A stretch of 64,000 nt of DNA, from NCBI RefSeq assembly GCF_028641065.1, contig NC_073381.1, forward strand, positions 59,830,001 to 59,894,000, read 5' to 3'. This document shows, piece after piece, positions 11,841 through 24,800 of this stretch (positions are counted from its first letter, which is position 1; each line of letters opens with the position of its first letter). Source of the stretch: Leucoraja erinacea (Eukaryota). The notes below the pieces were generated by a model that was given only the letters and a program-made list of their open reading frames with translations, was not told where the DNA came from and made no database searches. Made by a program: the position numbers and the translations under genes.

Positions 11841-13045
11841 TAGACAATGGACAATAGGTGCAGGAGTAGGCCATTTGGCCCTTCGAGCCAGCACCGCCAT
11901 TCAATGTGATCATGGCTGATCATCCCCAATCAGTACCCCGTTCCTGCCTTCTCCCCATATCCCCTAACTCCGATATTTTTAAGAGCCCTATCTAGCTCTC
12001 TCTTGAAAGCATCCAGTGAACCGGCCTCCACCGCCCTCTGAGGCAGAGAATTCCACAGTCCCACCACTCTCTGTGAGAAAAAGTCTTTCCTCATCTCCGT
12101 TCTAAATGGCTTACTCCTTATTCTTAAAACTGTGGCCCCTGCTTCTGGACTCCCCCAACATCGGGAACATGTTTCCTGCCTCTAGCGTGTCCAAGCCCTT
12201 GACAATCTTATATGTTTCAATGAGATGCCCTCTCATCCTTCTAAACTCCAGAGTGTACAAACCCAGCTGCTCCATTCTCTCAGCATATGACAGTCCCGCC
12301 ATCCCGGGAATTAACCTTGTAAACCTACGCTGCACTCCCTCAATAGCAAGAATGTCCTTCCTCAAATTAGGGGACCAAAACTGCACACAATACTCCAGGT
12401 GTGGTCTCACCAGGGCTCTGTACAACTGCAGAAGGACCTCTTTGCTCCTATATTCGATTCCTCGTGTTATAAAGGCCAACATGCCATTCATTTTCTTCAC
12501 GGCCTGCTGTACCTGCATGCTTACTTTCATCGACTGATGTACAAGGACCCCCAGATCCCATTGTACTTCTCCTTTTCCCAACTTGACGCCATTTAGATAG
12601 TATTCTGCCTTCCAGTTTTTGCTATCAAAGTGGATAACCTCACATTTATCCGCATTAAACTTCATCTGCCATGCACCTGCCCACTCCCCCAACCTGACCA
12701 AGTCACCCTGCATTCTCATAGCATCCTCCTCACAGTTCACATTGCCACCCAGCTTTGTGTCATCTGCAAATTTGCTAATGTTACTTTGAATCCCTTCATC
12801 CAAATCATTGATCTATGTTGTAAATAGCTGGGCTCCCAGCATCGAGCCTTGCGGTACCTCACTAGCACTGACTACACTAGCCTGCCATTCTGAAAGGGAC
12901 CCGTTAATCCCTACTCTTTGTTTCCTGTCTGCCAACCACTTCTCTATACATGTCAGCACTCTACCCCCAATACCATGTGCCTTAATTTTGCCCACTAATC
13001 TCCTGTGTGGGACCTTATCAAATGCTTTCTGAAAGTCCAGGTACA
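11841..13045 (-). mobile_element. CR1 LINE, 5'-truncated, nested in the hAT element
   Basis: YLDFQKAFDKVPH, SKFADDTKLGG and RPHLEYCVQFWSP motifs; short-repeat tail (GACAAT on + strand). Confidence 0.95.
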
Positions 13046-14399
13046 ATAAAAATGTACCAATAAAATGTTATGTCATTTAGAGAAGGAATTGCGAATTGCG
13101 GAATTTTAAACACCCGTCATCATCCTTGGCTTTACTCAAATGATTTAAAACACTCTTCCATCTTTCTCTAGTCATTGGGGATTGAGAGGGGCCTCACAAG
13201 TTGAATAGCCTAGGGCCTCTCTTCATCTAAATCCGGCCCTGTTTGCAGGCATATGAGATTATTTTAGTTTGGCATCATGGTTGCTGCAGACATAGTAAAC
13301 AGAGGAGCCTGTTCCTGTCCCATACTGTTTAATTCAATGTTCCAACCTAACCTACGGCAGGTTTAACAGGCAGTTTCCACCTCCTGGAAATAATCAAACC
13401 GATTTCTTGAGGCTAGAGCACTGCTGGTATGATTTTCTGGTGTTTTGTCAAAATTATTTTGTCAGTTTTATTCATCGTGAAGTGTCTCTTCCTACTGTTA
13501 CCTGTATTTATCTTTAGTTATAATGGGAAAAATAGGCAAACGGTCACTCAGCGGGTCAGATGGCATTTGTGGAAGGAGAAGTGGAGTTGACGTATATGTT
13601 TAAACCCTTCATCAAAACAAGGAAAGGGAGAAATAGGCTGTTTTTAATTTGCAGAGAAGGTGGGAGAGAAAAGGCTAGGACAATGAGAGCCGACATTACC
13701 CATAGAGTCACACAGTGTTGAAACAGGCCTTTTGGCCCAACTTGCTGTGGGAGTAAGTTGTAAAGGTCATCTATTCAATGGGAAATGGGAGCAATGAGAA
13801 AGAGAAAATAAATGGAACAAAAGGTACCTCTGTCAGCCAAGACAGAGATAAATTGTTATTTGGTAAAACACAGCAATCCCAATGCTTTTATAATTTTCAG
13901 TCAACAGTAACTGGATTTTTTTTAATTTTCATCACTTTCCTAAACAGTCAAAACTCATAAATTGAAGTAACTGATATATTAACTGACATCTGGAGTTGAA
14001 CAAAATGTAATGATGATGTAAGAGGATATGCATGATGAGACATCCATTCCAGTCAATAAAATGAAACATGCTCATATCATCAGTTTTAGGTTTAGGTTGA
14101 TTATTTTCATGTGTGCTAAGGTAGAGTGGAATGATGGTGGATGTTTGCGGCATTGACGGAAGTAAGTAAGGCATGTTACCTTACCTTTCTTTGGCATCTG
14201 GCTGATGATGGCCCACTTAAAACAGTTTGGGACCTCAAATGGAGCAGTGAACGGTTAAAGGAGTGTGAATATCTCTGCCAGCTGTTACGCACAGGTCCTG
14301 TGGACACGACTGGGATCTCCACCTGGGACAGATACTTTCCATGGATTCACACTCAGGAAAGCCAGTCCTTAAGTCTGCCACAGTAACCATTGGCATAAC

Positions 14400-14950
14400 C
14401 CAGGATTGACAGTTCTGACACAGACTGAAGGTGGTATTTTAGCTCTGAAACTCTCCCACTGCTGGAGATGACCGTTGTCTGATACTTGTGTACTGTGAAT
14501 GTTACTTACCACTAATCAACTCATGCCTGAATATTGTCTAGGTCGTGCAACATAGAAAGGCCGACTGCTTCATTTGTTGGGAAATTGAAAGTTATTTGAA
14601 AAATATGCCATCATCTGCGAGTATTCTCACTTCTGAAACTACGGTTAGAAAGTCATTAATGAAGCAGCTGAAGATGTTTGGGCCAAGACACTGCTCTGGG
14701 AAACTCCTGCAATGATGTCCTGGGGCTGGGACGATTGACTTCCAACAAGTGCAACAATCTTCCTCGGTGTATAGTATGAATCCAGTCATTAGAGTGTTTT
14801 CTACTTGATGTCCATTCACCAATTTTACCAGGGCTCCTTGATACCACACTTGGTCAATAGCCACCTTGATGAGAAGAGCAGTCCCTTTCAATTAACCTCC
14901 AGAGTTAATCATTTTGACTTCTGTTGGCTCAAGGTCTGGGGATAAATGGT
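14400..14950 (-). mobile_element. Ancient CR1/L2-group RT fragment
   Basis: DQVWYQGAL..LGPNIFSCFINDFL..RILADD. Confidence 0.6.
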
Positions 14951-15082
14951 TATCACTGAGCAGTTTTCCATAAACTACTACATTCTGCTTCTTACAACTC
15001 CAGCCTTGTTGTCGTCTACCACCTTTGTTCATCTCCCTTTAAAAAAAAAACTCCTCCATACAGATCAGCTATGATTAATGGA

Positions 15083-15740
15083 TAGAAACATAGAAACATA
15101 GAAATTAGGTGCAGGAGTAGGCCCATTCAGCCCTTCGAGCCTGCACCGCCATTCAATATGATCATGGCTGATCATCCAACTCAGTATCCCGTACCTGCCT
15201 TCTCTCCATACCCTCTGATCCCCTTAGCCACAAGGGCCACATCTAACTCCCTCTTAAATATAGCCAATGAACTGGCCTCAACTACCCTCTGTGGCAGAGA
15301 GTTCCAGAGATTCACCACTCTCTGTGTGAAAAAACAGATATTCATCACCCTCAGCTCCTTCACCCTGTAGTCCTAAACACACTTGTTTTCTTGTTTTACT
15401 TCTCATCAACCTGCATTGTTAACAATAGACAATAGATAGCTATGATTAATGGATAGAAACATAGAAACATAGAAATTAGGTGCAGGAGTAGGCCATTCGG
15501 CCCTTCGAGCCTGCACCGCCATTCAATGTGATCATGGCTGATCATCCCCAATCAGTACCCCGTTCCTGCCTTCTCCCCATATCCCCTGACTCTGCTATTT
15601 TTAAGAGTCCTATCTAGCTCTCTCTTGAAAGCATCCAGTGAACCGGCCTCCACCGCCCTCTGAGGCAGAGAATTCCACAGATTCACCACTTTCTATGAGA
15701 AAAAGTGTTTCCTCGTCTCCGTTCTAAATGGCTTACTCCA
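15083..15740 (-). mobile_element. Two adjacent CR1 3' ends (15083-15333 and ~15421-15740)
   Basis: FFTQRVVNLWNSLPQ; (TAGAAACA)n tails on + strand. Confidence 0.9.
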
Positions 15741-15885
15741 TTATTCTCTCTGCAGATACTGGCTGATCTGCTGAGAACCTACAGATGTTCCATTTTTACT
15801 TTGGGTTTCCACCATCTCTAATATTTTGCTTCCTAATTTAGACATGGACTAAGGTGGGCTGGGAATTACTTTGCTACATACACAG

Positions 15886-16082
15886 GCCGTCACGGTGGCG
15901 CAGCGGTAGAGTTGCTGCACCCACAAAATGCAGCGCCCATGACCCGGGTTCGATCCCGACTACGGGTACTGTCTGTATGGAGTTTGTACGTTCTCCCCGT
16001 GATCTGCGTGTGGTTTTCTCCGAGATCTTCGGTTTCCCCCCACACTCCAAAGGCCTACAGATTTGTAGGTTAATTGGCTTGA
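15886..16082 (+). mobile_element. tRNA-derived SINE (HE1-like)
   Basis: A box TGGCGCAGCGG, B box GGTTCGATCCC, conserved core. Confidence 0.88.
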
Positions 16083-16619
16083 TTAAAAAATGTCAAAATT
16101 GTCCAAGTTGGCGATATGCAGAGTACTGCCCTGCTGACTACAAAATTTACAAGGTTCAGGTGCTAGTCAGCATAAACAACAGAGAAAGCTGCCCAGTCTC
16201 ACAACCACTGGATTTGGTCAAAGCTCAGCAGTCCAGTCACATCTTAATGATGGTGGGTAGTTAAACGGCTAATGGGAGGAGGTAGCTCTGAGTATAAAGC
16301 GTTTCTGTCAGTGTAAAGGAGTAGTTACGGACATGCTGTTCACGTTTAAAATGGTGACAATGAAGTACATTGTCTGTGGGCGTGAAACAGTCAGACAGGC
16401 CTGGCCTCTGACTGCATCCTTCACTAATGTATCTGAAACCGAAACAAAGTCATGGAGTGAGTTTGAAAAAAAAATACAAACTTACAGCTGACAAGTGGTA
16501 GAGTAACCTTCAGGGGATTTTTGTCCGCTCTAGTATATTCGTGTGGTATTAACCCTGAATGCAAGCAAAATGTATCTATCATTTTAATCTAATTGCTGGC
16601 TCAATCTGTCAATGCCCAG

Positions 16620-16781
16620 GTCCTGATGTTCCACATGCAGGATGGGTTCCAGGTTGTGAAGCAGGGTGGCCAGTCTCCACATCATTGACCAGTGGTCAGA
16701 ACATCACCAGCAGAAGATTCAGTGCTGCTTCTGATAGTGGAGACACTGGAATAGGCACTTCAAGTTCAGATAGCATTGAAG
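16620..16781 (+). CDS. CEP85L: Internal coding exon of centrosomal protein 85-like (orthologue of human CEP85L exon 2)
   Basis: CCCAG| acceptor and G|GTGAGT donor, 162 nt, phase 1-1, open frame (G)[53 protein letters not shown]; resembles recalled human GPDYSSAWLP...[23 protein letters not shown]. Confidence 0.9.
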
Positions 16782-17067
16782 GTGAGTGAGACTTTGACAT
16801 AGCTGTGTGTGAATGCTTCCTTTAATATTGGACAGTGCTGTTTATAGTTATGGGTGAGAGTCGATCTTTCATGTTGTCGCCACTTGATTCTCGTGGCAAT
16901 AAATATGGATGCATTACTTAAAACCCGCTACACATGAAATCTTAAAATGGGTTTTATTTTGGAGTTATGGATATATCTAGATTATCAGATACGTTTGCTG
17001 TTATGGTTATAAATCATAGTGATGATTTACAGCATAGTTAAGTTTACCTGTGTTTGTCTGTGTTTGC

Positions 17068-17802
17068 TGTAACTAGTGGGGTGCTGCAAGGCTCAGTGCA
17101 GCGACCGCAGTTATTTACAATATATATTAACGATTTAGACGAGGGAATAAAATATAACATCTCCAAATTTGCAGAAGACGGAAAGCTGGGTGGCTGTGTG
17201 GGCTGCAAGGAGGATGCTATGAGGCTGCAGGGTGACTTGGATAGGTTGGGTGAGTGAACAGATACATGGCAGGTGCAGTAGAATGTGGATAAATGTGAGG
17301 CTATCCACTTTGGTGGCAAGAACAGGAAGGCAGATTATTATCTGAAATGGTGTCAGATTAGGGAAAGGGGAGGTGCAACAAGACCTGGGTGTGCTTGTAC
17401 ATCAATCACTGAAAGTAAGCATGCAGGTACAGCAGATAGTGAAGAAAGCTAATGGCATGTTGTCCTTCATTAAGCATGCAGGTACAGCAGATAGTGAAGA
17501 AAGCTAATGGCATGTTGTCCTTCATTGCGCAAGGATTTGAGTTTAGAAGCAAGGAGGTCCTACTGCAGTTGTACAGGGCACTGGTGAGACCGCACCTGGA
17601 GTATTGTGTGCAGTTTTGGTTTCCTAGTTTGAGGAAGGACATTCTTGCTATTGAGGGAGTGCAGCGTAGGTGTACAAGGTTCACCAGGTTAATTCCCAGG
17701 ATGGCGGGACTGACATATGATGAAAGAATGGGTTGACTGGACTTGTATTCACTGGAGATTAGCAGGATGAGAGGGGATCTTATAGAAACATATAAAATTC
17801 TT
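17068..17802 (+). mobile_element. CR1 LINE RT fragment
   Basis: VTSGVLQGSV..YINDLDEG..KF, RPHLEYCVQFW; contains a 55-bp tandem duplication. Confidence 0.92.
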
Positions 17803-17867
17803 CCTGTGAATATTGGAGAAAAAAAAATTGTACAGTTGTACAATTGCTGTACAGTTTCAGATGTGAT

Positions 17868-18004
17868 NNNNNNNNNNNNNNNNNNNNNNNNNNNNNNNNN
17901 NNNNNNNNNNNNNNNNNNNNNNNNNNNNNNNNNNNNNNNNNNNNNNNNNNNNNNNNNNNNNNNNNNNNNNNNNNNNNNNNNNNNNNNNNNNNNNNNNNNN
18001 NNNN
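17868..18004. other. Assembly gap
   Basis: Run of N. Confidence 1.
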
Positions 18005-18189
18005 AGCCAAGGTGAAGCAGACACACACTACGATGAACAGGAAGGTTGGCGCTGTAAAAAGATGGTAAAGCACAGTGTTTGGTAAGTCTTTTAAGAGAGG
18101 GGGGAGAAGGAGTGGGGACAACGTTTAAGAAGCCAGAGATACATGGCTGTGAAGCTCGGCGGACATTTAACATCACTGGTCGGTTATCC

Positions 18190-18620
18190 TTGGTTCTGAA
18201 AACTACTGCTTACCTTTTTTTTTCCAATGAACCAATTCACCGGTCAGCACCGGCTACAACCTACAAGAACCTCCTTTGGCCCCCTCGCAACCCAACTCCT
18301 GGCGACCCATCTATGGCACGAGAATTCTCGCTACTCCATGGCGGCTTCATTCTAGTCACCGCTAATTTCTCAACATGTTGAAAAATTTGCGCCGACCATA
18401 ATGAGGCCGCAACTAGTTCCCAGAATGCGGGAACTCCTCAAGAACCTCAAGCACGGACTAGAAGGGCCGAGATGGCCTGTTTCCGTGCTGTAATTGTTAT
18501 ATGGTTATATGGAACCATGAAGGCAACTTCCAGTCAACTACCCGCGAACATGTGGTGACCATGTGGTGACTGCATAGTCTCCTGCAGTCGCCTAAAAAGT
18601 CGTGGAAAAGTGGACAGGCC
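18190..18620. mobile_element. Right half of a non-autonomous TIR element (same family as 20531-21650), with a ~65-bp CR1 tail inserted at ~18450-18511
   Basis: High similarity to 21193-21530; ends AAGTGGACAGGCC. Confidence 0.8.
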
Positions 18621-18766
18621 AGATTCTGCATTTAATTGACCCATTCTAATTCCTTCTTTGTTCCAAGGTGTCCTTTTGTCCCTGAGATGATTATCAGCTG
18701 ATCTTTCCAACAACTTTCCGGATGCATTTTCACCTGTGTGTCAGAAACCTCATAGGCTCAACTTTA

Positions 18767-18983
18767 ATGTGCGGGAAAGAACAGCAGGTGCTGGCTTAAA
18801 TCCAAGATAGATACAACATGCTGGAGTAACTCAGCGGGACAGGCAGCATCTCTGGAGGAATGGGTGACATTTCGGGTCGAGACTGCTTTGATTCTGAAGA
18901 AGGTTCTTGTCCCGAAACACCACCCATTCCCTCTCTTCAGAGATGTTGCCTGTCCCGCTGAGTTACTCCAACATTTTGTGTCT
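18767..18983. mobile_element. Penelope-derived fold-back element
   Basis: Inverted arms around CTGAAGAAGGTTCTTGTCCCGAAACACC. Confidence 0.8.
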
Positions 18984-20530
18984 GGCTCAATTTTAATACT
19001 GGATAAAACAGATATCCAATTTGTTTTTTCACAGATGAAGTTCTTGAATATCCACTACCTCACAGTTGAAGTGAGCTTAGAGTCTATTGTGTATTGTGTG
19101 TTCATTATCATTGTACCGCTGCTGACAAATTCATTTCACTTGCACTCTATGTGCAATGTGACGAATAAAACCGTATTGTATTGTAACCAAAAGAGCATAA
19201 TGTGAAATTTTCATTCCTGTATCACTGAATCAATGAGCTGTAGCCAATCATGGTTGTTGTTGGAAATGGGTCTGGAACAGCACATTTTCTCCACATGGCA
19301 GAAATTTGAGCTTTTGGGCAAAAAAATCCTTGCAACTGTGGTTACTTATTCACAACAAAACCAGGATCAGTATAAGGCAGTATTTAGGAATGAGTCCGCA
19401 TCTAAAGGGTCATCACAGTCATATCAATGTCTTCCACCTTGCATTCTTCCAGCCTTGCTTTACAATGGTGAGCACAATGTGAAATCATTCATTGCAGCTC
19501 CTCTCACTGATTGTAAATGAAATATTGTAGGAATCACATGATCTGCTTCTGGTGATCATCCCACACGCTGCAGTGGCTTGGGGCCTGCCAGGGCATTGGA
19601 GCTAATCACGCCAGTTCCTCAGCTATACTAAAGTATGCTTTGTCCGCTTTCCTCTAGCTTCATCACCTCCTGAGCAAATGTTTTTCTGCTGTCGTACTGT
19701 GACCTCAACCTAAAAGTCCTTGAAAAAGCTTGATGATCAGCATGGCAGTTGCCAGCTCTGTATTGGGATCCTAATGTGAAAAGCAAAGATCCTGTCTGAG
19801 TACACTAATCCATGTGCTAAATTCCACTGCACTATTGCAATTCACAATATTTCTAAATGTCTTGGAAATGAGATGAGAATTAGAGGCACCACTTGGCAAT
19901 TCTTGGCAATTTATGTTCATGGTCTGGTAAGAACTGATGTGTATCTGTCTCCTGGAGAATGTAGTATTTGGAAAAAAATAAATTATTATTTATTTTTGCA
20001 GCCCCAATAAGCAGTTCGACAGCTGTATCAGAGATGTACTGCTGGTAGGGAAAATGACACTGGCAGTGAAAGACAGAGTGGGAGACATTTCCTTATCCTC
20101 TTTGCTCTTAATGGATGCATCTTAATGCTGTTTGTACATTTTTTTTTAATTCTTGAATACAATGCAGTTTTTATAACCCAGTACAAATTGATGTGTTCCT
20201 ATTGATTTTGTATTTTGTGATACATTGTATTACTTTGCCAGTTTACACTGTACAGGGTGAGCACTGCAGAAGTTTTAGTTGTCAGGCTGCAGAGCCAAGG
20301 TTATGCAGAGGATGCAAGCAAGATAATATTTCACTAAAAGGTTACATGTTAACTTGAGCAGTGTCGACAACAGGATGGCACCAGGACTGCTAAAGTGAGA
20401 TACAGCATTACTTTAGTTACAGTTTTTCAGATATTATTACCTTCAGGATGGCAAGAAAAATAAATACCAGGAATGATAAAATTAGCTAACTCCCATCCTT
20501 TGATGTTGAGAGAATTTTTGCAGTTACTAA

Positions 20531-21650
20531 AGGGCCTGTCCCACTATGGCGACCTAATTTGCGAGTTTGCCACAAACTCGCAGCATGGTCGACACGTGGT
20601 CCTAGGAGGTCACTGTAACTCTCCTTTATGCTCGAGAGAAGTTCCCGCATACTCGCGGCCTCAGTTTGGTCAAGGAAAATTTCTCAGCATGCTGAAAAAT
20701 TTTCGCGAGTAAAAATTGGTTGGCATGGTTCTTTTGAAGTCGTAGTGCAGTGGTAGTGGGGCCGCCATGTAGTTATAGCCAGTTGAGGTAGCCGTAGGCA
20801 ATCTCCTTTGCTGACCGGGCATTTTAATTGGCTCATTGGAGTTTTCAGAACCAAGGAAAACCGACCAGTAATGTTAAATGCCCGCTAAACTTTATTAAAA
20901 GTTGGCTGGCTTCTTAAAAGTGTCTCCACTCCTTCTCCCCCCCTCCCTCCTTCTCTTCCCTTCTCTTCCCTTCTCTCCCCCTCTATCTCTTTCTCTTCCC
21001 TTCTCTCCCCTTCTCTCCCCTTTTCTCTCTTTCTCTCCTCTTTCTCTCCCCTTCTCTCCCCTTCTCTCCCCCCCCCCCCCCCCCCCCCCCGCTCTCTAAA
21101 GGACTTACTGTACACTGTGCCAGCCGTCTCTTACCTTCCTGTTCATCACGGGTGTGAATTTCAGACAGTGCTCCCCTGCAATCCCTGGCCCCTGAAAACT
21201 ACTTCTTACGGTTTTTTTTCCCAATGAGCCAATGAAATCCACCGGTCAGCACCGGCTACGACCTACGAGAACCTTCGACCTCCTGACAACCCACTAGGAT
21301 CTCCTGGCGACCCACCTACGGCACGAGAATTCTCGCTTCCCTCCATGGTGTCTTCATTCTAGTCGCAGCTAATTTTTTAACATGTTGAAAAATTTGCTGT
21401 GACCATAATGAGGCCACGACTAGTTCCCAACTCCTCACGACCATGAAGGCGACTCCCCGGCAACTGCCCGTGAACATGTTGCAACCATGTGGCGGCTGCA
21501 TAGTCTCCTGCAGTCGCCTAAAAAGTCGCCGAATTGGGAGTGTGTGCGTGTGTGTGTGTGTGCGTGTGTGCGTGTGTGCATGTGTACGTGCGTGTCCAGC
21601 TTGAAGATCCAAGACAGTTGCTGAAAAGTCGCGTTAGTGGGGCAGGCCCT
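20531..21650. mobile_element. Non-autonomous TIR DNA element (MITE-like)
   Basis: TIRs AGGGCCTGTCCCACTA / TAGTGGGGCAGGCCCT; flanks CTAA / TTAA; internal polypyrimidine tract 20930-21095 and (TG)n at 21540-21595. Confidence 0.8.
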
Positions 21651-21669
21651 TTAATTGCAAGACAAGATT

Positions 21670-21822
21670 CCAAAGACGCACATGTATGTAGGTTAATTGG
21701 CTTGGTATCATTGTAAATTGTCCCTAGTGTGTGTAGGATAGTGTTAATGTGCGGGAATCGCTGGTCGGTGTAGACTCGTTGGGCCGAAGGGCCTGTTTCC
21801 ACACTCTATCACTAAACTAAAG
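21670..21822 (+). mobile_element. SINE 3' half (HE1-like)
   Basis: Core plus CR1-like tail GGGCCGAAGGGCCTGTTTCC..CTAAACTAAA. Confidence 0.8.
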
Positions 21823-24800
21823 TAACCAATTAAGCACAATTAGAATCTGGGATTGTGAATTTTTGAAAAAGTGGCATTTCCATACTATGTAATATCACTG
21901 AGAATCGATCGTCATTATGTTCAGCCTGTGCCACTTTAAAAATTATGTGACATGGGCCTGTCCAACTTAGGCGATTTTTCAGGCGACTGTCAAGTTGCCG
22001 GCAGTTGCCTGAAAATCCGCAACTGGAATGGCAACGGTAATATGCTCATTCTGCGTAATTTTGCGATGATGGCCATTGAAGTTATAAAATCCCCTGTATG
22101 TGCCTGGCATAAAGCTTGCTTACTCTTCTGCTGATGTACCAATGCTTTATGTGAGATCAACTGCAGTGCAACGCAGAGTCATTGCTTTTTAATGTTGAAA
22201 TCTTCAATTTGGATTAACTTTAATACCTGTAGTTGAAATGAGTTGATGCTTTAGGGTATTATTCCAATATATTCCTCGTACTTCACTGTGCAATAGATTT
22301 TCTTGGTATAGAGTTTTTGCTTTGTAGAAGCCGTAATGAAATTCAATATGTTGAATGTCTGGTGTTGTAGCAACCCCTGAGGTTATACGGGAAAATCACT
22401 CTGTTTTATGTACTACTATATATCCCAAGGCCTCTTGTGATTTCCTGACTTTGAAAATTGATATTATAATTAACAGACCAAGGTTCATACCATAAAAGTT
22501 TTTCTTTTAACTGCAGAAATTTAAACATCATGTTAAATAAGAATAACATGTAGTGTAGAACATAATTTAACAAACTAAAGTTCAAAGAGCTTCTTAGAAT
22601 CATAATGGACAAACATTTAAAGCATCTCCTCGTGATGTTTTTGCAGAGATGTAAGGAAATACGCCATGAGGTACCGGAGAAGAGAAAATGGGAGAATTTG
22701 AGGGATTTATTCAAGGTGAAAGTGAATTCCTGATACCCGCTCTTAAGCAGATGTAGTGATACTTGGCAATTATTGGATTTAAGGAGGAGATGCATATTAG
22801 ACTGAAGGTACATACATTTGGGATGGACGGGAATAGAGGGAGATGCACGGGATCTGAGGAATTAATTATTTCAATGTAAATTTAAGTCTTTGAGTGATTG
22901 GAAGATGCTATAAATGGATGGGTAAGTATGAACGGCAAGTTTATCTTGACATGAATTTGTGTGAACAGAACAGCAAGTTGGTTTAATTGGGTGAATGATA
23001 TCAGGCTATCCAGGCAAGAATGAAAGGAAGCAGTAGAGATGCGTATAATTATGACTATTGAAAGATACTTGAATTGGTGCGGACAGAAAAGGTATAGAGG
23101 GATATGGGCCCAGCATGGGCCAATGGGACTAGTTTAGTTAAGCTAACTTGGTCAGAATGGAAGGATTGGGCTGAAGAGATTGTTTCAGTGTCGTGTATCT
23201 CAATGACTCTGTCCTGGATTCTGCTTCATTCTTCTGTAGGGCATGAAGCTGAACAATTTGGAATCAGGCCCTTTGGCTCACTGCCCATATCAGTCAACAA
23301 GAACTGATCTATAATAATCCTAATTTCTAGCTGACTCAACCCATTATCTCCAATGGCATTGCATTTCAAGTAGTTATCTAAGGGTTATTAAATTTTGTGT
23401 AACCATCAAAAAGGATGAAATTCAATATGTTGGATGGTGGGAGGAGAGTGATAATTTTGTATCCCTAATATTTGGGTGGATGAAGTTGGAGCTCATGCAT
23501 GTTTGGAAATTAATCAGGCAGCCTACTAACTAACACAAGGGAAACATTAACGCAAGGGAAGGTAACACCAGGAGTCCTTATCGCGAATGCAGAGGGTGAT
23601 TTAATGATGGTTGAATCAATGTTACAAAGAGGGAATAAATAGATGAGATCAATCCAAGGAAAAAAATATTGGGACATTGTGATGGTGATGTAAGAATGAA
23701 TCTCTCGATAGTCTGTGGGTTGGATTATTTAGAAGACGGTGGGAATCAAGCAAGGGCAGGCTTCTAAAACTAAAGATCGGCTGCGGAAAGGAGGAATATG
23801 TGGTTTTAAAAAACAATTCTCTTAATGGTTACTTATAATGTGCATGCTTTTACCATTTAAATTGTGACCAGATTCCAGTGGGGTTAGTAAATCTCTACTT
23901 AGTGATTATGATGCTGCCAAAAAAGATGACAGGAATGTTAACTCTAAATACCCTACAGGATAGCTGGAGTGGGTAATAGAAAATGTCAGGTTGGTCTGAG
24001 GCACATTGGCATGATTGAATATTCTATGCCAAGAGAGAAATATGCCAGCACTTCTGGTTGAGTGCATTATCTGTAGAAAGCATATATAGGAAATAAGTTG
24101 GGCAGCCTGGCTTATTAATACAGAATACTGGGAGAAATGCAAATCTGCTTGTGTTATTTAAAATGGGGAATGCTGGAAATACTTGGCAATATCTGTGGAG
24201 AGAGAGGAACAGTTGTTTCAGTTGCTCCCCCTACATCAGAACTCTGATTTAATTAGTAGCTGCAGAAGCTGAAATCTAATACAATAAACAAGCTGCTGGA
24301 AGAACTCAGCAGGCAACATCACTGGAGGGAAATGGACTGATGACATTTCTTGTCGGGATACTTCGGACTGGCTAATTGGTCTGAAGAAAGGTCACGATCT
24401 GTTCTGTCCACGTTCTCCAAAGATGCTGCGTTCCCCGCTGAGTTACTTCAGCAATTTGTGTCTTTCTTCGGCTTAATTGCTCATCTTATGTTAGAGCATA
24501 AGTTTATGTGATAAGAACAATATTAAGCCATTCAACCCATCAAGTCTACTCCGCCATTCAATCATGGCTGATCTATCTTTCCCTCTTAACCCTATTCTCC
24601 TGCCTTCTCCACTGACACCCGTACTAATCAAGCATATTCTAAGCACATTGTCCTGGGATCTTTTTGATATCAAACTGGTCACATCTGCCCCTCACAATGG
24701 CGGACATTAATCATGTTGTTAGGCAATAGTCAAGTCAACCCGAGTTTATTGTCGTATGCTTAAATACAATCAGGTGCAGGTACAATTACAATCGTGCATG

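Larger units (their letters stand above)
10923..13241 (+). mobile_element. hAT DNA transposon, internally deleted
   Basis: TIRs CAGTACCGGATTTA / TAAATCCGGCCCTG; 8-bp TSD CTTGCAGG (10915-10922) / TTTGCAGG (13242-13249); subterminal CCTAGGGCCTC repeats. Confidence 0.92.
9612..13330 (+). mobile_element. Old, internally deleted CR1 LINE hosting nested insertions
   Basis: Endonuclease remnants (WVELGNKKG, VVTGDF) 9612-9970, RT C-terminal remnants 9980-10040 and 10485-10922; 3' UTR resumes at 13242 after the hAT element. Confidence 0.7.

Noticed and set aside
15886-15965. tRNA-like sequence with A and B boxes
   Set aside because: It is the head of a SINE, followed directly by SINE core; not a tRNA gene.
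16559-16789. 76-aa ATG-initiated ORF as a standalone gene
   Set aside because: Homology is confined to the AG..GT-bounded 16620-16781; the upstream ATG lies in intron.
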